Sequence record: MN850609.1
Length of the DNA stretch: 64,000 bases
Reading direction: 5' to 3' (one strand)
Origin: Escherichia phage dhaeg
Positions 12,782 through 24,090 of the stretch are shown piece after piece. A program made the translations under genes and the position numbers. Numbering within the stretch: the first letter of the stretch is position 1; the number at the start of each line of letters is the position of its first letter. Under the pieces are notes generated by a model. That model ran no database searches and was not told where the DNA came from. It saw only the letters and a list, made by a program, of their open reading frames with translations.

Positions 12782-14314
12782 TTAAGCAACTTTAATAATG
12801 AATAGGATGGACATAGTCCAAGGACGGTTTTCGTTACCAATTAACCCTTCACTGTTTAGGGTAGTTCTTGAATCTCGTGAACCGGAACCGTCAATTTCGT
12901 ATCCTTCGTTTGTAAAGTAAGAACGGTTATCCCAGTCTAATCCTTTACGAGTACCGGCAAAGTTGGAACGAACAGTGTTACCAAAAGCACCTGCGTTATC
13001 ATGTTCACCAAAACCACCTGCATGTTTATGGAACCGAAGTTGTTGAGCTTGTACTGTACCGTGTCCATATGAACCACAACCTACACCTAATTTTGGTTTG
13101 CCTTTGGCGTCGTTACCTTTGGCGTCTCTAATTCTAACGTTGGCGTCCCATTCTTTTAATCCACCGTCATTAGTTTGGTTTGCACCTCTAGGATATAATC
13201 CACGGAAGTCAGGACGAGCACCAGTTGAGCCCCATTTACTACCAACTACGTTTCGGAATCCTTGCTCACCAGAGTTACCACCATCACAAACGGCCCAACC
13301 TGCAGGGATATTGTTAATTTGGCCTCCCCACATAACGATAGTACCAATAGGAACAGAATCTTTTAATTGGTCGACAGTAACAACATCACGCCCATTACGA
13401 CGTAAAGTACCATTAACGTTTAAAGTACCATTAATAGTACCACCGGTGGTAGAAATAACGTTAGCATTATATGCCAATGCTGTACTTCCATCGCCAGAAC
13501 CCACGGTAGTTGTGGTTTTAAGAAGGCCTATTCTACCGGTATTACCCGTTCTTGACAAAAGGGTTTGAGGCGTAATAGCTTTATTTGCATCAATTCCGGC
13601 CGAAACTTCAGCTCCAGTGGCTAATTGAACCAGTCCACGTCGAGAAGTATTAGAAGTTAAAGAAATAAGCCCTGATGGAGAAATTGCGACGCCATTAGTC
13701 AATGTGCCATTTGCCACTTCGGCATTTGTCGCGATTCTAACAATACCTTCAGTAGTTTGTGTTGCACTTGCATAAGTTGGTAAGGCCGATGTAGCGGCTC
13801 CAATTGCCTGTGCGGTTTTAAGAGGCGTCATAGCCGTAGTATCATCTGTACCCGCTAAAGCCGCTGGCAAGGTTGAAATCTTGAGTACACCTGTAGTGTT
13901 CTCTGTGGCTAAACGATTGGTGAATGTATAATCTATAGTAGCCTTCAAAGATGATGCTACGATTGCAGCCTGGGTCTCTGTCCCAGCGATGGCCTCATCA
14001 TTAGTAGCATAACGTGTGATACCTACATAGGTTTCAGTTGCTTGAGTAGGAATGTCCAAGCGGCCTTTTAAAGTAGCCGGGGTCACAGCAGAGAAAGTAT
14101 CAGTGCCATCAATAACTTCTTGTTGGGTGGCTAATCTAATAATACCCTGTTCTGTTTCGGATGCGGCCGGAATATTACCTGTAACACCTATAGCAGAAAT
14201 GGATGATAAGGCGTCTTGGACGTTGGTAATACTAGGGTCAAAATTCGACCCGGTAGGGTCGAATGTTTTAAATTCCGATTTATCACTTATATGTTTTAGT
14301 GTATTTGTAGACAT
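12782..14314 (-). CDS. 12: short tail fibre gp12
   Basis: 510 aa; N-terminus ...KFDPT.SNF.P.ITNVQ... resembles T4 gp12; synteny. Confidence 0.9.
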   Translation of the reverse strand: MSTNTLKHISDKSEFKTFDPTGSNFDPSITNVQDALSSISAIGVTGNIPAASETEQGIIRLATQQEVIDGTDTFSAVTPATLKGRLDIPTQATETYVGITRYATNDEAIAGTETQAAIVASSLKATIDYTFTNRLATENTTGVLKISTLPAALAGTDDTTAMTPLKTAQAIGAATSALPTYASATQTTEGIVRIATNAEVANGTLTNGVAISPSGLISLTSNTSRRGLVQLATGAEVSAGIDANKAITPQTLLSRTGNTGRIGLLKTTTTVGSGDGSTALAYNANVISTTGGTINGTLNVNGTLRRNGRDVVTVDQLKDSVPIGTIVMWGGQINNIPAGWAVCDGGNSGEQGFRNVVGSKWGSTGARPDFRGLYPRGANQTNDGGLKEWDANVRIRDAKGNDAKGKPKLGVGCGSYGHGTVQAQQLRFHKHAGGFGEHDNAGAFGNTVRSNFAGTRKGLDWDNRSYFTNEGYEIDGSGSRDSRTTLNSEGLIGNENRPWTMSILFIIKVA

Positions 14315-14979
14315 TAACTTACTCGCTTATAGTGATATAAAGTTGTAGTTCCATTTATAGTTCCACCGGTCATAGATTCTGTAGTAGAACCTAAATATTC
14401 CCAGTATCCATAACCTGCACGAGGCTCTTGGACTATAGTTTGGGAAATGGTACATCCAGCCTGTTTAAATGGCTCAAAAATATGGTTTTGGTAGTCGTTA
14501 TATTTAATGTTTAAAGTAGATTGGTCCAGAGGGTCGATAGAGGTTTCTGCTAAAATATAACTATTAGCAATAGCGCTTATAAAAACATCGTTAACTTTAG
14601 AAGCAACCAGAACCGAAGAATCACCCACAATAACTTCAACAGGCAAACCAAATACCTTAATTATAACCGTATCGCCTAATTCGCCACCAGAAGAAATGGA
14701 GCCAGAGAAAGTTAATTTATCAGATTGTTGGATAAAGCCAGGCGCTCTGTTTTCGGTAGTAGTTACCACCGCATTAACAGGAAGTTCTGCGCGGAAAGCA
14801 ATATCATCAATAGCACTTTGGACTGTAGGGTAATAAACGCCTTTTCGGGTTTGGTTTGCCGATGGACCACCAATAGGGCGTTGACCTGCCACTGCGGCAG
14901 GTTGATTAGTTGTAAAAGAAAATTCTAAAAAGTCGGCAAGGCGGGATTTTAACCCGCTTTTCATTTCTGTTAAAGTCAT
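14314..14979 (-). CDS. 11: baseplate wedge protein gp11
   Basis: 221 aa; synteny and size. Confidence 0.85.
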   Translation of the reverse strand: MTLTEMKSGLKSRLADFLEFSFTTNQPAAVAGQRPIGGPSANQTRKGVYYPTVQSAIDDIAFRAELPVNAVVTTTENRAPGFIQQSDKLTFSGSISSGGELGDTVIIKVFGLPVEVIVGDSSVLVASKVNDVFISAIANSYILAETSIDPLDQSTLNIKYNDYQNHIFEPFKQAGCTISQTIVQEPRAGYGYWEYLGSTTESMTGGTINGTTTLYHYKRVS

Positions 14980-16790
14980 TACGCAATCCTCACCCAGCGA
15001 TAAACGGTTGTATATGGAGGCAATGTATTAATTGGAATAGGCGTTGTAGATTGCTGCTTGTTTATTGTAGCTTTATCTTCACGATATTTGGTATAAGCAG
15101 GACCTTGTGCATCCGGGTCTACCAAACATCCACCGATAACAATAGGGCCATTATCATCAGCAACTAATACCTTGTCATCTGTATTAAGTTCAGGAACATT
15201 TTCATATTTAATCGAAATATTATGAGAACCACCTGTTCCACCTGCGGTAGATTTAGGAATACCAGAAGAATCCAAATCGTTATTGTTCGCATTGAACAAT
15301 GAATCTGCATCCGGCGACCAACCTACAAGGAAACTATCAGATAAACGTTTCCAACTACCCATACCCATATAAGTTGCAGGGTTATTAGGGTTCACCGTGT
15401 TCTCGTAAATTGTCCCTATTGGATGGAACAAATCGAACATCACTGCAGCCGTATTAATAGAAACTTCGGATTCTGCAACAGGTTCAAAGTTAGGAGAAAA
15501 TGGATTATCCACATCAGTAATACGAACCTGGCCGGTTAAAGACACCGAAGGACCTTGAGAAATGTAGATATCATTTGTAGTATCCAAAATCTCATCAATA
15601 GTCATGGTAGTACCAATATCATTATTATACCAAATTACGGTAAGGATATCACCATGTTCTAATTTACGTCCAAATTCGAATGATTCGATTTTATCGTCAT
15701 CTGCAATATTCAAAATATAATCAGATTTAGATTGTGTCCATACACCACCCGAATCAGCACAAAGAGCTGCATCATCAGTATCAACACCTTCACAATAGAA
15801 AGCAGGGAACCCTGCAGTACCAGCTTGGTGCAATAAAGTACTGTTAAGCATTACCTGGCAAGCATTAGGGTTAATAGGGCTTGTAGGAGAAACATTTAAT
15901 TCCACCGCGGTAATAGTCTGTATGGTAGAAAGGTCTAATACTACTTTAGAACCGTTAACTGTGGTTTCATGGGTAAGGGTTTTATCTAAAATAGTAATAT
16001 CACGACGATTATAAGAACTACGCCATTGGGCCAATCCATCGTTATAGGATTTAATGATTACTGTATCACCGGCTTCACATGGATATTTCAAACGGATATC
16101 TTTACCGTTCAATTCAACCAATTCGCCTGGGTTAGCGCCTGGGCTACCGAACTCTGAAGTGGCTTCATCAAATATATCATCTACACCATAAAACAAGGTG
16201 TTACCACGTTGAATTACGCTAAGACTAGAAATATTATAGGTTAATCCTGGGAAAATATCCAAGAAATCGGTTTGGCCTTCAGTAGCAATAAACTGTTTGG
16301 TTGCTACAGTAGCGAGGTCGTTATTTGGAATACGGTTAACTTGCTTGTTCTCAACATATTCCCAGCGACCCGGAGCACAATAGACAAGTTCAAGGTCAGC
16401 AAAGTTACGGGCTATTTCAACCTGTACAGCAGAGCCTTTAATCGTATCACCTGGAGCAGGTATAATTGTTACAGGGTTAGCTTGCCAAGAAGAATAAACG
16501 TCACGCAAACGAATTACAAAGTTATATTCTGAAGGGGTACCTTTAGGAAGTTGAACGTTAATCCTTCCACCCTGGGTATTCAACGTATAGCTATGACCCA
16601 TAACAGCATTAAGTAAAGGACCATCTGCAGTAGAATATTGTTTCCAGGCACCAGCAGCGTGAGGATTATCTCCATCACCTAATTGATAGTATAACTCGTT
16701 AAAGTTATTATTGATTTTTAGACCACCTGCGCGCAGGTAATCTCCGGAGCCATCATCAACGGCCTGGCCTATTTTTAATTCTTGTTTCAT
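14979..16790 (-). CDS. 10: baseplate wedge protein gp10
   Basis: 603 aa; synteny and size. Confidence 0.9.
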   Translation of the reverse strand: MKQELKIGQAVDDGSGDYLRAGGLKINNNFNELYYQLGDGDNPHAAGAWKQYSTADGPLLNAVMGHSYTLNTQGGRINVQLPKGTPSEYNFVIRLRDVYSSWQANPVTIIPAPGDTIKGSAVQVEIARNFADLELVYCAPGRWEYVENKQVNRIPNNDLATVATKQFIATEGQTDFLDIFPGLTYNISSLSVIQRGNTLFYGVDDIFDEATSEFGSPGANPGELVELNGKDIRLKYPCEAGDTVIIKSYNDGLAQWRSSYNRRDITILDKTLTHETTVNGSKVVLDLSTIQTITAVELNVSPTSPINPNACQVMLNSTLLHQAGTAGFPAFYCEGVDTDDAALCADSGGVWTQSKSDYILNIADDDKIESFEFGRKLEHGDILTVIWYNNDIGTTMTIDEILDTTNDIYISQGPSVSLTGQVRITDVDNPFSPNFEPVAESEVSINTAAVMFDLFHPIGTIYENTVNPNNPATYMGMGSWKRLSDSFLVGWSPDADSLFNANNNDLDSSGIPKSTAGGTGGSHNISIKYENVPELNTDDKVLVADDNGPIVIGGCLVDPDAQGPAYTKYREDKATINKQQSTTPIPINTLPPYTTVYRWVRIA

Positions 16791-17650
16791 TATAATGGAA
16801 CTCCAATAGTTTGGGTATCTACGACTTTAATTGCTAATCTCATAGGGGTTTCAGATGATGCCGTAGCCACTATATAGTTAGAGGTATCAAATTTAAAATC
16901 GAGTTTGTAAATTTCGTCTTCATCAGTGGTCTGTCCACGACGGATAACAGCATATTCGGTGGAATATATTTTTTTAGCTTGGTTATCCATAAACAAAAGA
17001 TATTCAGAAGCTTTATAAATGGTTTCATTAGCATTTACTGCGGTAACTAAAAGCTTGACCAAAGAATATTGACCTGAAAAAACCACCGGTATATCTCTAG
17101 GTACGTTAGAAATGTTATATGTTCTATTTAACGGCACTCGTTTATCACCAAACATGCTCTCAATAGAATAATCCCATACAGCTATACCGTTGATGTCACT
17201 TACACACCATAATAGAACTCTAGTATAAGGAGTTACTATTCTTAGGGTTGATGTAGGATGGTTTAAAAACGAATCCAATATACGGATTTCAAGATAGTTG
17301 GTAGCTGAAATACTTCCATTAGAGTTAATTATTTCAATACCTTCACCTACGGCTCCTTTTACCGTGGTTAACACTATAGAACCTGTAGAAGCATCAATAT
17401 CAACCAAAGAACCAAGGTCAACAGAACTTGCTTGGTCGGTATCGCCAAATTTTTGATAGTATCCAGTGGCATGTAATTTCTGACCGGTAGTTTCGCCTGT
17501 AAGAGCGGTTTTACGTTGGTCACCAAAGGTATTATAGATGTTGTTTAAGTCGGTGTTTAGTTTAACACCACCGTCATAAAGAATGTCGCCGGTGCTAGCA
17601 TTACCAATTTCACCAACGTCAATTAGTAATTTACCAGTTTGCTTAATCAT
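16790..17650 (-). CDS. 9: baseplate wedge / long tail fibre attachment protein gp9
   Basis: 286 aa; synteny and size. Confidence 0.85.
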   Translation of the reverse strand: MIKQTGKLLIDVGEIGNASTGDILYDGGVKLNTDLNNIYNTFGDQRKTALTGETTGQKLHATGYYQKFGDTDQASSVDLGSLVDIDASTGSIVLTTVKGAVGEGIEIINSNGSISATNYLEIRILDSFLNHPTSTLRIVTPYTRVLLWCVSDINGIAVWDYSIESMFGDKRVPLNRTYNISNVPRDIPVVFSGQYSLVKLLVTAVNANETIYKASEYLLFMDNQAKKIYSTEYAVIRRGQTTDEDEIYKLDFKFDTSNYIVATASSETPMRLAIKVVDTQTIGVPL

Positions 17651-17676
17651 AGGTATGCCTCATTATTGATATAATG

Positions 17677-17684
17677 TATTTATA
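17677..17684 (-). promoter_or_regulatory. late promoter (TATAAATA) for gene 9
   Basis: tatttata on plus strand 27 nt upstream of gene 9 ATG, preceded by hairpin GGGCCGCAAGGCCC after gene 8. Confidence 0.6.
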
Positions 17685-17711
17685 CCCCCGAAAGGGCCTT
17701 GCGGCCCTTTA

Positions 17712-18719
17712 TTAGAATTCGAAGATAATGTTAATTTCTTCGGTTTGGTCCATGGAACGAATAACCGGAGGACGGTTTTCCATATAAATCATTTCACCGG
17801 AGTGGCGGGAGAGGTCTATAACGTCATAGTACTCTTTTTCGGCTTTAATGATCGGGTCTGATGGGTGGGCTTTAGCTTCCAATGGGTTGGAAATTATTGA
17901 AAGTTGTCTAAATCCTTTATTCCCTGGCAAACTAAATTCAGGGAAATAAACTGAATCTAAGAATGCTTTAAAACGAATAGTATTGCCTTTAATACGATAA
18001 ATCAATCCGTAATCGTCTTGTTGCCAAGTGAGGTTATTCTCGTATCCCCAACGTTCAGGGTCTTCAGCAATTTCTTCCGGCCATGGAACTACAATATATT
18101 CATTGGTACAACGGTTGATACTTACATCAGGTGGAATCTCATAAAGATATTCCCAAAGATACCCATCGCCGGTATCAACCATACCTTCGGTATCGCCTTG
18201 TCCTGCTGGAGCTTTAACTGAAGGGACGTTTGCGGTCCATTTACCACCAAGTTTAATACACTCGGTTTTATTATCAAGAGATAAAATAGAGCATGCTCCG
18301 GATTCAGGAACATCCACACAACGATAAACCATCCAACCTGCACCAACATCAGTACGGTTTTGCGGCTGGCTATTCGCCACTACAATTTCACCAATCTGGA
18401 ATGTGAAAGGATTAGGATAAGAGGTATCGCCCCAGTCTTTGCGAGGAACAACACAATCCAACATACTCTTATAAACCTTAACACAACCCATCATGTTTGT
18501 CCAGACGTCCTCTACGCCCTCAGAATCATCTACAGGATACGGTGGAGCAAAGCCTGGGTCGTTTTCGTTAGGAGCCCATGGTTGGGCTCTCCCGAAAGAT
18601 ACATACATCGTGTTCTGGTCTTCACCATCACCGATTGTTCTGTAAAAGTTGTACATCTTTTCCGTTCTAAATTTAGAAGTAACAATAGAACGATATATTA
18701 CTGTTGAATTAATCATCAA
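17712..18719 (-). CDS. 8: baseplate wedge protein gp8
   Basis: 335 aa; synteny and size. Confidence 0.9.
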   Translation of the reverse strand: MMINSTVIYRSIVTSKFRTEKMYNFYRTIGDGEDQNTMYVSFGRAQPWAPNENDPGFAPPYPVDDSEGVEDVWTNMMGCVKVYKSMLDCVVPRKDWGDTSYPNPFTFQIGEIVVANSQPQNRTDVGAGWMVYRCVDVPESGACSILSLDNKTECIKLGGKWTANVPSVKAPAGQGDTEGMVDTGDGYLWEYLYEIPPDVSINRCTNEYIVVPWPEEIAEDPERWGYENNLTWQQDDYGLIYRIKGNTIRFKAFLDSVYFPEFSLPGNKGFRQLSIISNPLEAKAHPSDPIIKAEKEYYDVIDLSRHSGEMIYMENRPPVIRSMDQTEEINIIFEF

Positions 18720-21700
18720 TTTTTACCTGAGTTGGGTCTTGCGGGTCTCTAGGGTTTCCTATATCAGCTTTAAGTCTGTCATCAACTAAAGCACGCCATT
18801 TTGAAAATGTTACTGCACTTTGGTCAAATAAAGGACTATGCTTTTTAATACGTTCATGAGGTAATTGGCCTTGGAATACAGAGAAATCATTTTCTGCGTC
18901 ATAATCAGCAGGAATATCAAACGGTTCACCTGCTTTAGGTCCAACGTTATAAACCGGGAGCCCTGTTCTAGGGTCTCGTTCTATATTACCATCAAATCCG
19001 ATTACAGCAACTCTATCATACCATTCAGATGGAAGACCTGAGTCCCACTTATAGTTCTTAAGTATATTAATAATGGTTTCCGTGTGCTTTAATGTCAAAC
19101 CGACGTTAACAAACATAGAAAGCAACGTAATCCCTATAAAACCAAATCCTACAGGGTGGACAAATCTCAATACATCATTACGATATCGAGAAGTAGGGAG
19201 GTTGGATTTAATAGTCATAACATAATAAGAACGGTTGCGGTTAATATAATCGATATTGTTACTTAACAATTCTTTACCGCGTACACCCTGCACTATCATA
19301 CCTTTAAATGATGTGCGTTCAGATTTAATCTCTTGACCCACTATAAAACGACCTAAAAGATTATGAATGGTTAAACGCCATTGCAATTTACCATCTTTAT
19401 AATTTCGTTCTATATAAGTAACATTACTTCTTCCTGTAGGGGTATAAATTGTTTGGCCGACAATATCTTCACTGATGTTATCGGATTCTACAATGATATC
19501 ATATTCAATAGAGTTCTTAGACTCTATATCAATTTCGACATCTTCGTTATAAAGCAATTTAAACAGGAACTTATAAGAAGCCTCGGTACCTTTTGTAGAC
19601 CAGAAATCCGATTGACGAGCCTGGAAGAAACGAACCACTTCGTCGCGCTTTTCTTTAGACAGGTAGATATTACGTTTATAGATTTCGGACCACAAATATT
19701 CCCACGAGTCTTCTTCACGAGGATATTGGTTACGAATAAGATTTAATAGGTTATTATAATGAGTGCCAGAGCCATCACTAATAAACTGAAGATAATATTC
19801 GCAGAATTTTTCAAAGTTAGAATCTTGAAGCAAATAACTATCAGGGACCATTTTAACCAATAAAGGACGCAAATCAGGGTCTTGTTCACCTGTTTCTTCT
19901 TTAGGGGTCCATGGGATTTCATGCTCTTGGTTTTGGAGCTCTGCGGTAAACATTATTTCTTTAGGCTTCCAAATTATTCTAACTTCATCTCGAACTCGAT
20001 AATCGAACTCGAAATATCCTACCAATTCACCTGATGATTTGTGAATCATAATACCTGAAGAATATTTTTTAAATCCGCTGAATTCAATGTTAGGGCATGT
20101 TACGGTACAAAAGCCTTTATCCCAAATTTCACGGATAATACGCTCTGGAGAAGAACCACTGTTTAAATCAATAATTTTCTGATATAATGCATCGTTATAA
20201 ACTACCATCGCATGATTACTTGTGGTAATCCAAGAGCGGGTTCCATCGCGTCTAGACCAACTAAAGAATGGTTCGGCGTAATAAGCCATTCGGCCAGGTT
20301 TGAATTCTTTAAAATCTGATTTACTGTTGGCTCTAAAGCTCATCATCAGATAATGTTTATCATGAATCCACTGCTCATCCTTAACGTATTTTACGGCAGA
20401 AGCCACGATAGGGTATTCTAAAGGCAATTCGTTGTCAACTTCCACCTCGTATTTGAAGTTACTTGAGCTAAAGAATATTTCTTCACCGTCTGTAGACATG
20501 CTGGTATAACCATGCTCAATACGACGTCTCTCTTCTTCAGTATTACCAAATACTCTGGTCCATGTATCAGTTTCAGCATCCAACCAATAAACGCCTTTAG
20601 ATTCAGAATCAACCACGTTTTCTTCTTTAGTAGGGTCCATTCTTTCTTCTTTAACTTCACCCGTAATTAAGGCAAAAGTATTTCCTTGAATAGAGTCCAA
20701 TTTATAACAAACTGCTTTAGGGTTGCCGGTTATGGTCGAATATCCACTTTCAAATATTTTTTCACCATAAGTAGGAGAACCTGGGTCGGTATCAATAGGC
20801 GCATCGGTGGTTTTTGCTTTATAAACTCTGTCTCTAGCAGCCACGTAAATAAAATCATCCGAAGCACACATTGCCTCTGCTATAGTAGAAATAGCTAATG
20901 GTAAACGGGCATAAGAACCAAAAATTTCAATTTCAAAATCAAGGTCGATATCACTACCAATTTTAGCAAATGTCACGTCTTGTGAGCTAAAACGTACATC
21001 GTCAGCAGACCATCTGATATCGCTCGATTTACGTCCGTAAAATATACGGTCATAACCTAAAACATAAGTTGTGGTGTCCGTTTGGTAATGGGCCGTACGT
21101 GAAACCGGGTTACCTACTCGGTCATTAAACAAACGAATATAGTGCCAGTTTTGAGCTTTGTCATTAGATACCTTAGCAGTGTTCTGAAATCTTTCTAAAA
21201 GATAAAGTACACCACCAAGCTCCATTAAAATGGAACGATTAGGGTCCTTACATACGGCTTGAATACTTCCTTGAATCTCATGAAAGCGGTCAGCCTTTAA
21301 TACATAATTAGAAATTGAAGAAAGGTGAGAATACGATGGAGTCCAAGTAAAATCCTCTGTCATCATAGAAGCCATAATGGCATCACTATTAAAATCCACG
21401 TAATTCTGGTTATTTTTGGTAAATTTTTCTTCAATGAATTTATTGGATAAAGTGAATTCTCGCATATGCTCGAAGGTATATGCGTTGGTAGAAAATGTCT
21501 CGAATTCTTCTGTATAAACCCATTCAGATTGTTCAAATCCTTGAGCAGCTACAGCGACACGCATTTTATAAAACGAATTAGGAGAAATAAATCTTTCTTC
21601 GAACCAGTTATTGTTCGGGGTGTAACCTAAATTTCTCCAAAATAACTTATCATCGGGTATAGATTCACCCGCATCCTTGGTTTGGGCCAGTTCTACGAAA

Positions 21701-21801
21701 TAATAGAAATTGGCGCCTACGTCATCCCAAAGAATACTTACATGGTTAGCCGAGAGTTTATCAATTCTCAAACTAGTAACGGAAGGCGCTTGCACAGACA
21801 T
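18709..21801 (-). CDS. 7: baseplate wedge initiator gp7
   Basis: 1030 aa; synteny and size (T4 gp7 about 1032 aa). Confidence 0.9.
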   Translation of the reverse strand: MSVQAPSVTSLRIDKLSANHVSILWDDVGANFYYFVELAQTKDAGESIPDDKLFWRNLGYTPNNNWFEERFISPNSFYKMRVAVAAQGFEQSEWVYTEEFETFSTNAYTFEHMREFTLSNKFIEEKFTKNNQNYVDFNSDAIMASMMTEDFTWTPSYSHLSSISNYVLKADRFHEIQGSIQAVCKDPNRSILMELGGVLYLLERFQNTAKVSNDKAQNWHYIRLFNDRVGNPVSRTAHYQTDTTTYVLGYDRIFYGRKSSDIRWSADDVRFSSQDVTFAKIGSDIDLDFEIEIFGSYARLPLAISTIAEAMCASDDFIYVAARDRVYKAKTTDAPIDTDPGSPTYGEKIFESGYSTITGNPKAVCYKLDSIQGNTFALITGEVKEERMDPTKEENVVDSESKGVYWLDAETDTWTRVFGNTEEERRRIEHGYTSMSTDGEEIFFSSSNFKYEVEVDNELPLEYPIVASAVKYVKDEQWIHDKHYLMMSFRANSKSDFKEFKPGRMAYYAEPFFSWSRRDGTRSWITTSNHAMVVYNDALYQKIIDLNSGSSPERIIREIWDKGFCTVTCPNIEFSGFKKYSSGIMIHKSSGELVGYFEFDYRVRDEVRIIWKPKEIMFTAELQNQEHEIPWTPKEETGEQDPDLRPLLVKMVPDSYLLQDSNFEKFCEYYLQFISDGSGTHYNNLLNLIRNQYPREEDSWEYLWSEIYKRNIYLSKEKRDEVVRFFQARQSDFWSTKGTEASYKFLFKLLYNEDVEIDIESKNSIEYDIIVESDNISEDIVGQTIYTPTGRSNVTYIERNYKDGKLQWRLTIHNLLGRFIVGQEIKSERTSFKGMIVQGVRGKELLSNNIDYINRNRSYYVMTIKSNLPTSRYRNDVLRFVHPVGFGFIGITLLSMFVNVGLTLKHTETIINILKNYKWDSGLPSEWYDRVAVIGFDGNIERDPRTGLPVYNVGPKAGEPFDIPADYDAENDFSVFQGQLPHERIKKHSPLFDQSAVTFSKWRALVDDRLKADIGNPRDPQDPTQVKIDD

Positions 21802-21829
21802 TAAATCTCCTCAAAGCCTCCTAAGAGGC

Positions 21830-23788
21830 TTATATTGTAATAGGTTCTAATTCAATGGTCGTGTATTGAGGGCGGAGGTCATCTTCAAATACGATTAATG
21901 AACCATCTTTTGTAAAGATGTTATCTTGGTCAGGTCCCGCATAAAGTTCTATAGATTGAACTTCAAAACGGTCGGACGTTAAACCAATAGCCGCGATGTC
22001 CCAGAAAATGAAATCTGAATAATAATCGATTTCACCTATAACGTAATAAACGGATTGGTCTGCAGGAGCAGGCATTTTATCAAAGTCATTTCCTGTATAT
22101 GGTTTAATATATTGGTTTTCAATTACATCTCCTGGACGGAAAGGCCCAATAACCATTTTACCATCACCACGTTCGTCTTTATCTGTAGCGGCAATTCGTA
22201 CATTATATGCCGGGTGGTCTTCAGAAACGTTAGTAGGGACAAACTCAAATTCACTAGAAACCACAGAACGGTTAGTGTATTGATTATAGTATTTAATACC
22301 TGACTCAGGAGTTTTGAAAAAGTTCAATACCTCACGAACCATTGTTATGGTAGCAGAGGAGCCTAAAATACTATGGTCAGCATTATCAATATAAGTCAGC
22401 ATTTTTGACTTAGCGAATCCGTGGTTAAAAATTTCTACTTCGTTAATATAATAACGGTCTATCTGAGAAAGAATTTGGGCCGATAACCACTGTTCAGATT
22501 CCTGTAATTTATTCAAGGCATACGATACCTTAATTTTATGCTTTAAGAACAAATAATCGGGAGAAATAACAGAAGCGGTAATAGGGGCTAAGTTAAATTC
22601 TTTTAGATAGTCTTGGATATCTTCACGTTGGACCGCGGTCAAATATAGCCCTGATTTAGGTTTAATGGTGACAAAAGCATAACCGGGTTTATTTGGGTCT
22701 GTAAAGGTTTGTACTGCTTGCACGATAGAACCAAAACGTTCGGATACGAATGTATCGTAGTCGGTTCCTGTTACAGCACGCATCTGGGCTTCACGCTTAA
22801 CTACAGCCAATTCACGGATTCGTTCAATATCTTCAGGGTCGCCACCACCATCAGCACCCACATAATCAGGGTCGTCGTTATAGTTTTCAGTAATTTTTTC
22901 TACAGTAATATAAGCCAAGGAGTCAGCATAACTGAAGTCCACCGCACCGTTAGCAACTTCACCATCTGTACGAAGATATTCGATGACGATAGTAGAATCT
23001 TTAACAGGTTTTAGGCCGCCGATATAATTAGCTTCCAATACTCCACCCGCAACAGATTTCTCGGCTTCACCCTCACCAAAGAAGAATTCTGTATTACCAT
23101 CTACGGTTTCACGCATATAATAAATTGTTGAAGTACTGCCAGCGTGGACCATTGATTTATTGGTCCAGTTAATCCATTCTGAGCCATCAACGTAAAGTCT
23201 AACTTCTTGTCTATCAATATCAGGGTCACGAATAAGAATAGGAGTTTTAGGGTCATATTTAAGTTCAGTACGAATAATACGTCCCTGGGCCAAAGAAACA
23301 ATAGGCCAATACTGATTATTAACGTCTCGCACTGCGATAACGTTATCAGTTGTCACAAAAGAATATGGGTCTGCTGATGTATCACGTGCATAAGCCAAGA
23401 ATTTGGTACCTCTAGGGATACGAATATTCTTTTCATTAAGGGCTTGCGTGCATGTGAGCATTACCGTAGTTTTAGCTGCAGACTTAGAACTAGGGAGATA
23501 TCCATTGTCTTGTGCAGCTTGGACAACAGAAGAACGAAGGTTTGCTGTTCCTATAAAAGATTCGTATAAAGCTGTGTTAGCAAATTGCTGCATATAAAGG
23601 GTATTATAAGCAAGCATATCAATAAGGATATTCATTCGAGAACCAACGAAATCATAATCCTTAAATTCGTCCTGGCTGGAAAGCCAGTCTATAATATTCT
23701 TTTTAATTTCTTCAAACGTAGCTCCCACAAATACTTTTGGGATAGCGTTAACGGTTCTTGTTAATTGGTAATTCGTAGGAGTAGCCAT
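21830..23788 (-). CDS. 6: baseplate wedge protein gp6
   Basis: 652 aa; synteny and size. Confidence 0.9.
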   Translation of the reverse strand: MATPTNYQLTRTVNAIPKVFVGATFEEIKKNIIDWLSSQDEFKDYDFVGSRMNILIDMLAYNTLYMQQFANTALYESFIGTANLRSSVVQAAQDNGYLPSSKSAAKTTVMLTCTQALNEKNIRIPRGTKFLAYARDTSADPYSFVTTDNVIAVRDVNNQYWPIVSLAQGRIIRTELKYDPKTPILIRDPDIDRQEVRLYVDGSEWINWTNKSMVHAGSTSTIYYMRETVDGNTEFFFGEGEAEKSVAGGVLEANYIGGLKPVKDSTIVIEYLRTDGEVANGAVDFSYADSLAYITVEKITENYNDDPDYVGADGGGDPEDIERIRELAVVKREAQMRAVTGTDYDTFVSERFGSIVQAVQTFTDPNKPGYAFVTIKPKSGLYLTAVQREDIQDYLKEFNLAPITASVISPDYLFLKHKIKVSYALNKLQESEQWLSAQILSQIDRYYINEVEIFNHGFAKSKMLTYIDNADHSILGSSATITMVREVLNFFKTPESGIKYYNQYTNRSVVSSEFEFVPTNVSEDHPAYNVRIAATDKDERGDGKMVIGPFRPGDVIENQYIKPYTGNDFDKMPAPADQSVYYVIGEIDYYSDFIFWDIAAIGLTSDRFEVQSIELYAGPDQDNIFTKDGSLIVFEDDLRPQYTTIELEPITI

Positions 23789-23796
23789 TTTAATTC

Positions 23797-24090
23797 CTAT
23801 TTTATGAATACTTTAGATGAGGCTTGTGCGACTGTATCACCGCACGAAATAGGGTCTGCCATCTGGACAGCCTTTTTGCCTGTAACATATACCTTTGATG
23901 TTCTAGGTTGGGTTACCCCACCGTGGGTTTCATATGGTTTTTTAATTTCTGTATGAGGAGTTATTGGGTCCCCATCGACTAATACAGGAATGCCGCCTGT
24001 AAATACTTTACCCTGGGTGGCATTTATTACTGTAGGAGGCCATGCTTCATGACCTGCGGTTACGCATTGGTTATAACTTAAGCCCGACAT
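23797..24090 (-). CDS. 5.4: PAAR-repeat tail-spike tip protein gp5.4
   Basis: 97 aa; MSGLSYN...[19 protein letters not shown]...DPISCGD...SSKVFIK matches recalled T4 gp5.4. Confidence 0.85.
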   Translation of the reverse strand: MSGLSYNQCVTAGHEAWPPTVINATQGKVFTGGIPVLVDGDPITPHTEIKKPYETHGGVTQPRTSKVYVTGKKAVQMADPISCGDTVAQASSKVFIK